Positions 52,262 through 64,000 of a stretch of DNA of 64,000 nucleotides are shown here, piece by piece (the first letter of the stretch is position 1; every line of letters begins with the position of its first letter). A model generated the notes under the pieces. That model saw only the letters and a list, made by a program, of their open reading frames with translations, was not told the origin of the DNA and ran no database searches. Origin of the DNA: Laetmonice hystrix (lineage: Eukaryota); contig OZ249436.1 of assembly GCA_965235115.1 (NCBI GenBank), forward strand, positions 14,818,001-14,882,000. The letters are read 5' to 3'. The position numbers were made by a program, and so were the translations under genes.

Positions 52262-53900
52262 GTATGCTTTCTTGGTCGGTTCATTCTTTAATTTTTTCCT
52301 TTTTTTGTAACTTGGTTTTGTTAGTGTCACAAAGTGGACCGTTTAGATCTAACACATGGGTCGAATGAAAGAAAACAGAAACGCCAAAAAAAGGGGAAAA
52401 TACAACGCCGCAGCTTATGTAATACTTATGTAATACACAATTATAGATATTTTCTTTTAATGCTAAAATGCCACACTAGGGTGACTTATTTTTGCTTTGC
52501 TCCCGCGAACTTTCTGCTTGGTTTCTTCGTCGCCAACAAGAGGGCTTGTGCTTCTGTCAGTTGTCACTAGATGGCAGTATTAATGTTACCCTGAACCGGT
52601 GGCCGAGATCCTAGTAGCAAGTTCTGACACTAGAGCTTCGGAAAATTCGTCCAGAACGTGTGTGCATGAGATCTGCTATAACAAGTTATCGGTACATGAT
52701 GTTGCTAATTGATTTTAATAGTGTTCAGAATGATCTTGACCTTTTAGATAGCATACATGGTCTCCAAAACGCGAGGCTATGTAACTTGGTACAGACAAGT
52801 CTAGGTGGTCCACTTGCATTCCCTTATTTAGGACTAATCAGACTGATTAGTCCATACTGAACTAACACCGTTTGGATTTTGGATAGTGTTTAACGTTTTA
52901 TTTCTTTCCCCTGTGCCCCCATCTTCCTGCATCATGTTTAATGGTTTTTTTACATACTTGAACTGAACAAAGTTCCGAGTGTAGAAATTAATTTTGTCAG
53001 TATACATTCTACAGTTATACAGTTAGATCAACTGATCACGAAAAGAGTGATGTCGTGATTCTGCTCAACTGGTTCCCAGTAGGGAAGATCACATTGGCAG
53101 GTCATTGGTTGAAATAGGATGATATTATCTCAACCAGTTGTTCTTACATGACGTGGCCGCAGGAGTCGGTATCACCAACGATTCTATGGAAACCGTCACA
53201 CAGTACGAGTTGAGGGTTGTAAAGATGAGGGATACAAGAAGTTCTAGAGCAGTAGCGTAATCAACAGACACATTCTTACCTCATTTATTCACAGATATTG
53301 CTAACTCGCAGTTTTGTTATGAGTCAGCGAGTAATTAGTGAGTCAGTTATGTGACTATTTTGTATGCATGTATTTTTTAAAACAATTTATATACATTTAT
53401 TATTGTGTGCCATGTATCAGTCGTGATATTGATGCAATTTTGGATGTCACACACAACATTGTGTACATATACAAATACAAATATTCGATTGGTTCTCTGT
53501 TTTTGCTGTATTTAACAGTGGATTCTGGTACCGTATATAAAAAGAAGGAGATTTATTTGCCTCCCTGCCACTCCCTCGTTATGGGATTACGTGTGCGAGT
53601 CACTTTCTGAATGTTCTATTTGAAACTCCTCAGGATAACTACATTCTCCTATTTCCCTACTGTTGGAAGTGAACACAGTCCCGCTTGAACATTAGTACGT
53701 TTTGTAGCCACCAGGTGGTGCCACCACGGTCCCCGTCCCCAACATCCGATGACCCCGCCCCCTGACTAAAATCTCAACACCGTGTCGGAGGTCATGAGAT
53801 GTTCTAACCCAATTCACTGTGTGGTTCCCTAATCCAGTCTAACCCCGCTATACACCGTCACAGTGTGTTCGCTGTACTCATAGAATGATACCTGTTACAG

Positions 53901-54039
53901 ACCCTCCAGTCCTACGGGCGAAGGAGGGGGTGAAGGCACAGAGGGAGGGGGTGTCGACCCCACCAATGATCCTCGGAAGTTTGACTCGACAGGCATGTTC
54001 CACTGGTGTCCCGAGCAGCCTCTTTCCACGTGCCTCGTG
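53901..54039 (+). CDS. slo1: Slo1 exon: end of linker into RCK2 ([46 protein letters not shown])
   Basis: cctgttacag acceptor, GTG|gtaagt donor, 139 nt; conserved K(Y/F)DSTGMFHWC. Confidence 0.95.
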
Positions 54040-57000
54040 GTAAGTTCATGCCTCATGACAATTTGAAAGAGTCACATAACATTCATTGTTTATCCACCGC
54101 AGTTTACAATTTCGATTATATTTACAGACATTATTAGATGCTCTAAACAATAATGCAATTGATTTTTATATATATGCAAATAATTAAGCCATTTGAGTAT
54201 TATGATACTCCAGTTTGACATTGTATGAATATTAACCGTTAATACTTTGGAATGGATTAAAAAAATTCTTGAGAGATTATACTAGAATGTAATAAATAAT
54301 GACACTGAGAAGAAACTCTCAGGTTTGGTTTTTAATGTTAACCGTGTTTGAGATACTCATTTTCTGAAAATGTGTCAAATTCAGTATGATTTGACGAGGT
54401 CTCGAAGGTATTCCACATGCTTCTTTTAGATTTCAGCATTAATGAGGTCAATTAGTCCGAAGACATATACTAGTAATTAAGAGGAACATTTCCCGACGCA
54501 ACCAGATTTAAAACTGAATTTATTTATAAGCTTAAGTAAATTTCCTTTTCATCTTGCTTCTTCCCCACTTTCTCTTGAAAGCTTGACTCTACTCTACAAA
54601 CACTCTCCTTGACTTATCTCGATCATTTGTTTCATGATGTAATCATTGACATACGTCAGTAATCTTTACAAGTGACACGCCAATAGAGGACAAACAAATT
54701 TCGAAGGTCAAGAATTCCTTGTAGTTTGACCAATCTGATAGTATACATCCTTTCTCGAATGGATATGGGAGTCGTTGAAAATGTCGCATATCATTTCAGT
54801 TACGTTACATTTGGATCTTGAAATAATTTGGTCAGGGGCATAAATGGGCTGGGCTACTGAAGTTAATGTTTTCTGAACATTGAAAGTTAGAAATTATGAT
54901 TGAATAATTATTGTTTACATGTACATACAACAATAATGAGGAGGATCGTGCCTGATGTGTCAGTATGATGATGATCACAGTTTTATCAATGACCGATTTG
55001 ACAAAGAACAACTCTGTTATTATTCAAAGCCGGGTAGGGGAGAGAGCAGTTGCTTTTATAAGGTCAGTACTGTGTCCCTCACTGGCATGATGTGCGGCAG
55101 GTTGTCTCGCTGGACAACACATGCAGTGTTGTGATAGTTCTATCAAACTAATTTTGTATGACTACCATCATCATTATGCATTGTGTTTTGCCAGTTTGGG
55201 TGTGCCCTCAAAGAGGCTTTGAGTATAGAAAGATTATCTATAACGTTTTATATTAGGCTTCGGCAACTAACTGAGCTCCTTCCTCTATGGGATTCAGGCA
55301 TGCATACCTAGCTGGTGTAGATGGATTGAGACATATTTTGCTGCATGGTAGCTTGTAGACATCCTACTCATAATTCCTGTATCCCGGATTTTTCCATAGC
55401 TTCCCTAGGGTTCAGAAAAGCGAACATTTTAAAAGCCTCTTCTTGGACAGCAGGTCATAAAATTCCAAAAGTTGTTTACCAGCATTTCAAGTTTATTCGT
55501 AAGACCCTTTCAACAGTTGCTGACTGGTGTACAGTTTGATGTATTGTGCGCAAGAATGTCTCTTTTCGGATAGTCCTGACTTTAGTCTGATCTTTATACC
55601 CGTCAGATTAAAAATGAAGTTTCATTCGAACAATCTGCTATTTTTCGCAACATGTCTGAAATAACAGACGTTCAAGGAAACGGCAACCTTTTAACGCACA
55701 TCTAGTTTGATGAAGACAAACCAGTCAAGATTCAAGGGTGAAATTGCAAAGATCTTTGCCTCATATAGATTCCTCTTCCCAAACAGAATGCGTTACTTTA
55801 CTAATATAACGTGTAGGTTCAGTAGGTAGGGGAATGCGTACCAATTGAACGAGTCTACTCCCGTGAAATCGATGACCGGTCGAATCATAATGATCCAGAA
55901 GTCTGCAGAGGGAGACCCATTTACAGATTGTATGTACGTTGCTAGTAGCGATTTTAGTGACCACAAACCATTGGGTCGCGCATCTAACTCAGTTTTGACT
56001 TTTATTGATAACTAATAGTTAGATGAAGAGGGACATCTAGGACCTTCTGTACATAAAAGTGCACAGTACGATTTGCATTTTTGTTCATTTGGTGAGGTAG
56101 TCATTAAAAGTAGGCTGCAATTGCTAGCATTCAAGATCAAGTCAACACGTACACTTCCGACACTTCCTATCGAGTAAAACTAGTTGGCAGCAACATTAGT
56201 GTAATCCTGAAGTCATTTGGGAGTATTTCCCAGTGTTTTAATACGTTATTTATAACTGTCGTCTCTTGCTTTTTGTGTGTCACGTAAGCAGCAGCAACAC
56301 AGCTCATAATATGTGCACCGATGTGACAGGGTCGTGCTTACTTGTTAACATTTAATGCAGGTCGTAGGTTTTCATAAAACACATCCACGCTAAGGTCTAG
56401 ACAAGCATTTTCTTCCTTTCTTCGTCTTTCACTCTGTTTTCAAATTTATATGTTGGTCTGTCATTCGATATTGCCTGCAATGTACCTAGAATTTTCAACC
56501 TTTCTTCTACATTCTTGTTACGGTACCAATATTTTCACAGCTTGCCATTTGTAAACATTGCCATAAAACGTCTGTGCATGACACACGTCACACTCGTCTG
56601 GTCGACGAGCCTTGTGCTAACTATATGTATTATACAATGAGAGGACTGTATAGTAGAACATCGACGATGTAAATTTCAAGAATCTTGCACTCAAACGCAT
56701 GGACATATCCCTTTTGCATCAAGACAAGTTGTCTTGGCCTAATCTGTTAGACAAGTTCTTGAACTGAACTCTCCATCCTGTAGCCTCTCATGTTTGCATT
56801 TGAATTTGTAGTTTGAATTTTACTCCTTCAAAATTGTCGCCGTTAGCAATCCTTGTACGTTTGACATACTTTGAGTATGACATACTGAAACATTGGACGT
56901 TAAAACCAAAGTGGATCGCAGGTGTTGGACACAAAAACGTTAAGGTATCTTGTCCTTGGACAGATCTACCCGCTAGTCATGCACAAGACTTGAAACCTTT

Positions 57001-57557
57001 GAACTTTACACAAGGCAGTGTATTTTGTTAAGTTCATGCACAGTTTCCTTCAATCTCATGTAAGTAGCATTTCAACATGACTTTTCAACTTTAGTTTCTT
57101 TTGACATCTCTCAACTTCATTTTAAGTTCTCCGATGTGTCTCCATCTACTTTCTATACCGCATCAGATGATTAGGTTAACAGATATAAACCCCGCATAAT
57201 ATTTGGTGTTGTGTTGGGAAAATGATTGAAATAACAACATGAAACAGCTCAAAATCGTTTTTCTGCAACTTTACAAGGTGAAACTTTATGTCAACCCAAG
57301 CAGTATTTGACCGTTGGTCCTCCTACGCACAGCCAGGTGGCAGTTATATTTTTTCCTTCGTTTCTATTCTTTTAGGTCATAACCTGTTCTTTTTCGTTTG
57401 TTTATTTTTCTTAAAAGTTTTCAGTACATTGTTGGATACCGGTGTTAGTAGATACTGCTATTTAAATGAAACCATTTGCGTTCAGTCCCTGCCAAGCTCT
57501 TGTTTCCTGACCTGTGTACTCGGCACCGACTGACATGTGGCTCCATCTGTTGTGCAG

Positions 57558-57782
57558 GACCGGGAGCAGGCCGCCATGACGGTATTCAGCAATCACGTGG
57601 TCGTCTGTCTGTTCGCTGACGCTGCATCTCCACTGATTGGTCTCCGTAACCTCGTCATGCCGCTCCGGGCCAGCAACTTCCATTACAATGAGCTCAAACA
57701 TGTCGTTATCGTCTGTGACAAAGAGTACATCAAAAAGGAGTGGAAAAACCTCTGCAACTTCCCCAAAATCACCATTTTAGAT
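57558..57782 (+). CDS. slo1: Slo1 exon: RCK2 ([17 protein letters not shown]...NFPKITILD)
   Basis: tgtgcag acceptor, GAT|gtaagt donor, 225 nt. Confidence 0.97.
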
Positions 57783-58732
57783 GTAAGTCTACAGCACAGC
57801 AGCTATGGCGTGACGACATTGGCCTCCTTTCCCCCTCAGTTTTGAATCGAAAGGTGCCACCAAGTTTCAAGCCCAAGTTACTATATAGAGGGTCTAGGCC
57901 TACGAACCTTCAAATTAGAGAAGTGAAAATGAACGTTCTTTCTTTTTTTTCGGTATTACTGGTAATTTAGCCCAATATATTTTTAGGCAGTTCTAACAAG
58001 AAGGCTCCCATTTCAATATAAGCGTTTAAAACATTTTCCCAAACAAGTCTTTTCAACCCTCGTCTCTTAGCATAAAGTGCAAAAATAAATAGACTCCTTT
58101 CTTCACCATAGATGCCTGAGCAGGTAGGTGTCCAAATAAGTCGTGGGGCGAAGCCATTCTTTATATAACATTCTGTTGTAATACTCTCCGTCTCTGATAT
58201 TAAACCCTTTACCCTAATAACATGCCACAATAGTAGGTTAAAAGACGTCGTCTTTTCATGGGAACGTTTTACTTTGTTTAAAAAAATGTTTAGTTTGCAT
58301 TACGTTCACATTACTATCATTTATATGGAACTTCTTTGGCCTTCTCGAAGTCTGTAGTAAGGTACCGATTAAATGTTGCACCACAGAACTGTGGTGCCAG
58401 GTAGATGTCTTACGACTGCCCTAACAGCTGTGGTGTGAGATGGAATATCTTAATGGTCATTCTTGGTGTTGGGGCAAGCTGACCAATTGCCAGTAATTTT
58501 TACGTTTGTTGTTGAACTCTGCAAGGAAAAATATGTGGTACATTGTCTTTCATGTAAGAATTTTATTTTAAAAATATATTTTAATGGTATGTTGCGTCAA
58601 GGCTAAAAAAAGGGTTAGAATGATCTCGCCTCAAGTGTTTTCATGTTAATGTATTGTCCCAACATTGTGGAGAGGGGAACATTGCTGTGCTTGATTTATG
58701 ATTATGTGTAAAGTTGTGCCGTTTGTACCTAG

Positions 58733-58934
58733 GGTTCGCCACTAAACCGAGCCAACCTGCGGGCCGTCAACATAAACCTATGTGATATGTGTGTGATTCT
58801 CTCGGCACGGAAAACCAACGTAGATGATGGAAATCTTGTAGATAAGGAGGCAATTCTGTGTTCTTTGAACATCAAGGCCATGAACTTTGATGACAGTATG
58901 GGACTGCTCGAGGCCTCCGCCCAGGGAAATGCAG
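58733..58934 (+). CDS. slo1: Slo1 exon: RCK2 ([25 protein letters not shown]...ASAQGNA)
   Basis: tacctag acceptor, CAG|gtacgt donor, 202 nt. Confidence 0.97.
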
Positions 58935-59118
58935 GTACGTACCGTATAGAGGGAAGGCCTTACCAAGTCATAACTAGCTCACGACTGAGTTGTTGGTTCA
59001 TAGTTGACTGATACAATGACCTCCGTTCATATTACACACTCTAATATCTCAGTCTAGTCTTGCGAATGGATACCAGTGTTCACTTTGTTACAGGAAAATG
59101 TGACTCATTTTTTAACAG

Positions 59119-59217
59119 GTTTTCTTCCCCCTGGATTTCCCCCGATGGCTAATCCACCGAAACCAATGCCACTTGGTCATACAAATGGGTCCAATATTCC
59201 AATGATTACTGAATTAG
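59119..59217 (+). CDS. slo1: Slo1 exon: RCK2 variable loop (GFLPPGFPPMANPPKPMPLGHTNGSNIPMITEL)
   Basis: ttttttaacag acceptor, TTAG|gtaagt donor, 99 nt; conserved NIPMITEL. Missed by the ORF track. Confidence 0.94.
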
Positions 59218-59429
59218 GTAAGTTACAATATGCATTTCCAAATTGCTGATGTTTGATCTGAAAATTTGTAATGTTTTTCATTATCTTTCCATTCATGAAT
59301 CCTTTCGAAGAAGTAGAAGTAGTATTTTGCACAAAATATTAATGTTTTTGCGTTGTTTCATTTATTGTGATACGTTTTCTAAGATTAGATAGAATAAAGT
59401 TATCTCAGAGTTTGAATCGTTGACCTTGA

Positions 59430-59669
<240 letters not shown>

Positions 59670-59867
59670 TAACGCTTGTGATTGACTGGTCAAATCAGAC
59701 AGAGGCTGAGCCTCATCATCTGGCTCTCGCATCTGGCTCAGTCCGTCTATGGGTTTGAGAAAAATAGTGATTTATGAAAGGACTTATATAAGGCCTTGAG
59801 AAGAATATCTTTCGACACTATAAGCGTACATGTTGGTAACCTTTGGCGCAATGTTCTGTGTCTGCAG

Positions 59868-60062
59868 ACATACTTTAATGACAACGCCTTGACGTTAATC
59901 CGGACGTTAATTACTGGTGGCGCCACCCCGGAACTGGAACAGATCCTGGCCGAGGGTGTGGGCATGCGCGGTGGTTACAGCACGCCGGAAACACTTGCAA
60001 ACCGCGACCGGTGTCGGGTGGCACAGATCTCGCTCTACGAGGGCCCGTTTGCACAATTTGGG
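59868..60062 (+). CDS. slo1: Slo1 exon: RCK2 C-terminal part ([30 protein letters not shown]...YEGPFAQFG)
   Basis: tctgcag acceptor, GGG|gtaaga donor, 195 nt. The next exon was not found before 64000. Confidence 0.97.
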
Positions 60063-63010
60063 GTAAGAATCAATAGTGTTCATGTATTGAAACAAGCTGA
60101 AAATGGCTGAGCGTAAAATACCTTTTCAGAGGAGACATGTGCCCTCAGGGGTTTCCCTTTATTGTGTTTCCCTCTCTGTCTCTCGTTTCTTACTTGTCAT
60201 TTGTACTCGGTAGTCTTACTCAGTGCTCACCCTCTTTTGCAATTGTTAAAAATAATCTTAACCGAGGTAGAAGTGATTAGACTCCTGAACTGCAGCCTCC
60301 AGCCTCAAGCCTCCTGCCAAGAACATGTACTTGGGGTTAGGTTCGCCAAATTCTTTAATGTGGGTGATGGCCTTTCATACAACAAAATTAGGAAATGAAT
60401 GTCATACAAATCAATACAGTTTGACTTATGAATAATATTGCCTTGTTTTTGCCGCCAGACCTACCAATTTGATGCCCTTAATCAGTCATGGGTATGACTA
60501 CACTTCTGCTTGTTTTTCTTATCAAGTTTATCCATCCTTTTATAACAAATTCCATTTTGTTATAGTTACATTTCAACGTTTTCTTTAATTCATTTGTTAC
60601 TCTCCTCTGCCAGACATTATCATCTTTAGGTAGTGGCATTGTAGGTTTTTCAACTTGCAGCACCACCTTTAATATCTAGCTTCTATGGCAAATCGGAAGA
60701 CGCCTAATAAAATGTAGGCCTTTAGACGAAGTATAGTGTTATAGATAAAGTAAAAGGTTCATATTTTACTCGTTGAACACTCGCCACAGCACTGGCAGAC
60801 CCCTAATTAACAACACCCGTTAATTTTCCCAGAAAAGCAAGTACACGTCAGATGTGCTTGTCTACCCAGGCATGTAGCATTATATTGCTTTCTATTACAG
60901 CTATTTTCTGCAAATTCAAAAACCAAAAAGGTATTGTAGCTTTTATCGTCATAACAACAAAAGTGACCGTTTCCACATAACTAACACACCATTGATCATG
61001 CAGGGTAATGGCCACCTCATGATCAGTTGATGAACAGATCCACACCTAACTCACCATGCCACGTAGGTCCTTGGAATGCGTCTGGATCCATCCACTGAGT
61101 CGTCCAATTGAACTTGTGTTATCAGCCCTCCCCGAGCATGTGTGCTAGCCATACAGACAGTAATAATATTTACCCCCCCCCCCCCTCATGAAATCAAACT
61201 ATGGGAAGGTTATGAGCACGGCATTCGAGTCAGTCATTATTGTTACCCAAATAGTACGCCTAATGGTCCTTCTGACATGATATCGTTATGCGTTTGGTCA
61301 GGATCGAGATAAGATGTCTAAATCAAGGTGCCACTAAAGGCACGGAACTCTAAAAAAGTCCATGTTCGAAATGACAGCAAGCAGCAACAGGTTGCCGTGA
61401 GGAGGCATCTGAAGTTACATTTACAAGGCACTCCTGCTGACGGAAATACCGTGTCTGTGACAGATACGTGATAATCTCCATCTGAATCATTGACTTTGAT
61501 GTACACTCCATTACAAATCACGTTTTATAGCATGCACCCACCACTTCTAAATAATCCATCCTGGTCATTTTTGTTTCCGCACGGTATCACTTCTAATGGC
61601 ATGGTGGAACACTCGTTAAGGAAGCTGCATCCGTTACGTAAACCCATGCGGAAAGATGTTTTTCCATATGGTACCGGTTCTAATAGCACTGAATTGTTGG
61701 TGATCTCAAACGTTACAGTCGCATTAATAGAACATTAACAATGCTCCGGGGAGACGAGTGATATAACAGCGTGATCGTGAACAATTAGAAAAGTTACATA
61801 GTGTCGCCGTTACAATGAAAGATATCCTGCATGTGAAAGTTTAACTCGCATTATACTAAAACAACCTTTCTGGGTTTATTTGTCGGTTTGCACGTGTGGT
61901 TGTTTCGATACCTTTCTTAGGGGCGATCCAGCTTTGCGCTAAGGGGGGTTGGGCGGTTGGTGCCCGGGGGAGGGGGTGGATGTTTGGTTTGAACCTTTCA
62001 AGTAGAAAAAAATACCTCGTAAGGGGGTTGCAGCCACCCAACCCCCCGATCCGCCACTATTTTTTTAAACGTATCCGAGCTATGACTGGAAATTACTTTT
62101 GATATATTTGAATAAAAATATACGTCGATGCTAATTGAAATGAAGGTGCTGAAGTTGGCCATCTCGAACTTTCTGCCGGGTTGTATTGAAGGGCCGGACA
62201 AAGACCTTTACTTTCTAATGGCACTCATGGTCTTCATGATGAATGTTTTCTTCTGTCTGCAGAGACCATCGGTCATATTGGTAAGATTCACTAACAATTT
62301 CATTAACAGTTATGTTTGACTTGTCATAATCATTCCATGCATGAGATTTATTTCCTTGGCTGTGTCCTGAATTTGGGCAGCTCTTTTTCTGTAATTGGTC
62401 CACCACATCCCAGGATGACATTGAGATGCTTCCCACTGTCGTCACATCTCAATATGACCATCAGGCTGATTCATGGAAGGACCCAAAAATAGCTTTCGTT
62501 TTCGGAAAGTCAGAATCTGGCGAGGGGATAGATTTAGCAGGACGTGCGAGGCAGGTGAGCATGGAGTTCAACTAGCCAAACGGTTGCACCAGCCGCCACG
62601 AAGCTGGTAGAGCACGGTGTCGTGCCTAACTACCTCCATTATTTTTTTAACGAGTTTGACTGAAGCCATGGGCACTGTCAATTAGAACAATATTGGGCTC
62701 GTCATTTCACTTCATCACGTGTTTGTCTGCTAAAGGCAGGATGTGTCGAAGACGAAAGTAGCGTAGTCGTGAACCGGATCACGGTTACACGCAGTCATGG
62801 AAGCCAACTCGAATGCTCCTGACTGCTATATTACAGCGACTTCTGGACAGTTTGGGAAATATGTAGTAAGCATTACAACGAAGGGTAGAGTATAGAGCTG
62901 GCTCATTACACCAAGATGTCCTTCTGTGGTCACAAACTCAGGACAATGAGGTTTACGGTAACGTCCAAGCCTGTCACATTTGGGAACCATTTTGTTGCCT
63001 CTATAGTGGA

Positions 63011-63271
63011 GGGGGCCTCAGGTGGCCCAGTGATCTAAGGTGTTGGCTCATGACACCTAGGACCATCGCCTCACACCACTGTGGTCCGGGTTCGATCCCC
63101 GGCCAGGGCTGCATGTGTGAAAGGTTTGTCAGTCAGTTCCTTGCCGAAGGCCGGTGGTTTCCTCCGGGTACTCCGGTTTCCTCCACCAAGAAAAACTGAC
63201 TTTCGTCATCATCTTCACCGCCGTGATATGACCCTGGCTGTTGCAAGGCGTAAAACCCTAAACACCCACCC
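63011..63271 (+). mobile_element. tRNA-derived SINE with V-domain-like core, full length, 14-bp TSD
   Basis: A box TGGCCCAGTGATCTAAG, B box GGGTTCGATCCCC, core GGTTTCCTCCGGGTACTCCGGTTTCCTCCACC, AAAC-like tail; perfect TSD GCCTCTATAGTGGA at 62997-63010 and 63272-63285. Confidence 0.9.
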
Positions 63272-64000
63272 GCCTCTATAGTGGAACGATCCAAGCTGCT
63301 GTAAGCTGTACAACAAGAAGAACTGACAGTAGGGGTGGGTGCAAAAGGGGGCCATATTGTCCCCCAGACCCCCTCCTAAGAGTCCCCCCTTGTCAGTAGC
63401 CAAAAATACCCATGTCAGGAAAAATGTGAAATGTGCGCAATAGCACCAAAACGGAGAGCATGACATTGGATAAAAATAATGTCTCCTCCAAGTCTGCCAA
63501 TAATACAAAATAACAAGGATAATAAACTTTTATTCATAAACTTTTATCGTACATCGGTGAGTTAATGAAGCTCCTTCTCATAAATCTAAGCCCAATTCGT
63601 TAAAATGTGCACTGGCACAAGTAGTCCTAAAATAGATAGAAACTTAGGAACAGAGCTGTACAACGCATGTACAAATTTAGTTTAATTTTGAATGACGTAT
63701 GGAGCGTTTTACACAATTTTTTTATGAGCTTTTGAGATATAAAATTATAGTAGGCCAGTAGGTGTGACCTATAATAAAGCAGAAACCGACGTGATGTTTC
63801 GTGTTTTGGTAGCATTCTTTTCAGGGATACCATACTACATGTTTCAGACGGCTGTCATCATGTTGGAAAAATATACAACGTATGGATTTTACCATTTTGT
63901 CTTATCTTGATATATCTCTTGCAGCCGAAGATGCAGGTGAAGTGTAAATTCTTCTTCCGTCCCGTATAAAAATGTGGGTTACATAGTTGGCGTATTATAT

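Noticed and set aside
53295-53337. Acceptor/donor pair upstream of exon 53901
   Set aside because: 43 nt long, with a stop in phase 2 and a junction TAA in phase 1.
53708-53765. GC-rich Pro/Ser-coding-like stretch after tttgtag
   Set aside because: All three frames stop and there is no donor; better explained by the CTCF-like motif.
60063-64000. Next Slo1 exon (GxYGxLFxxAL...LCxGLYR)
   Set aside because: Not found; presumably beyond the window.

Overview
Eukaryotic (invertebrate metazoan, plausibly lophotrochozoan; species not determinable from sequence) genomic DNA. Most of the window is occupied by one + strand gene, the BK / Slo1 (slowpoke, KCNMA1-type) Ca2+- and voltage-activated K+ channel. 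I could trace 19 GT-AG exons between 16223 and 60062 that splice into one uninterrupted frame of 860 codons, covering S2-S6, the pore (TVGFGD), RCK1, the CKQCH motif, the RCK1-RCK2 linker, RCK2 and the calcium bowl (DQDDDDDPD). I did not find the S0/S1 exons or the last C-terminal exons, so they probably lie outside the window. The most interesting part is the ~20 kb spanning the RCK1-RCK2 linker (33.6-53.9 kb). It contains several short, frame-preserving candidate cassette exons whose phases fit the flanking exons. Two of them can only be read after a G-ending exon, because a direct join creates TAA. The same region holds a cluster of five TGCATG motifs, CTCF-like motifs, and an inverted pair of ~345-bp MITEs enclosing a stop-containing exon-like segment. 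Elsewhere there is a tandemly duplicated 3' splice site that would frameshift RCK1, a candidate 6-nt microexon, a few unusual substitutions at conserved positions, an intact tRNA-derived SINE with a perfect 14-bp target-site duplication (TSD), CAG-ended MITEs with 5-bp TSDs, and two minisatellites. The candidate exons are predictions from splice signals and frame only and need RNA evidence.
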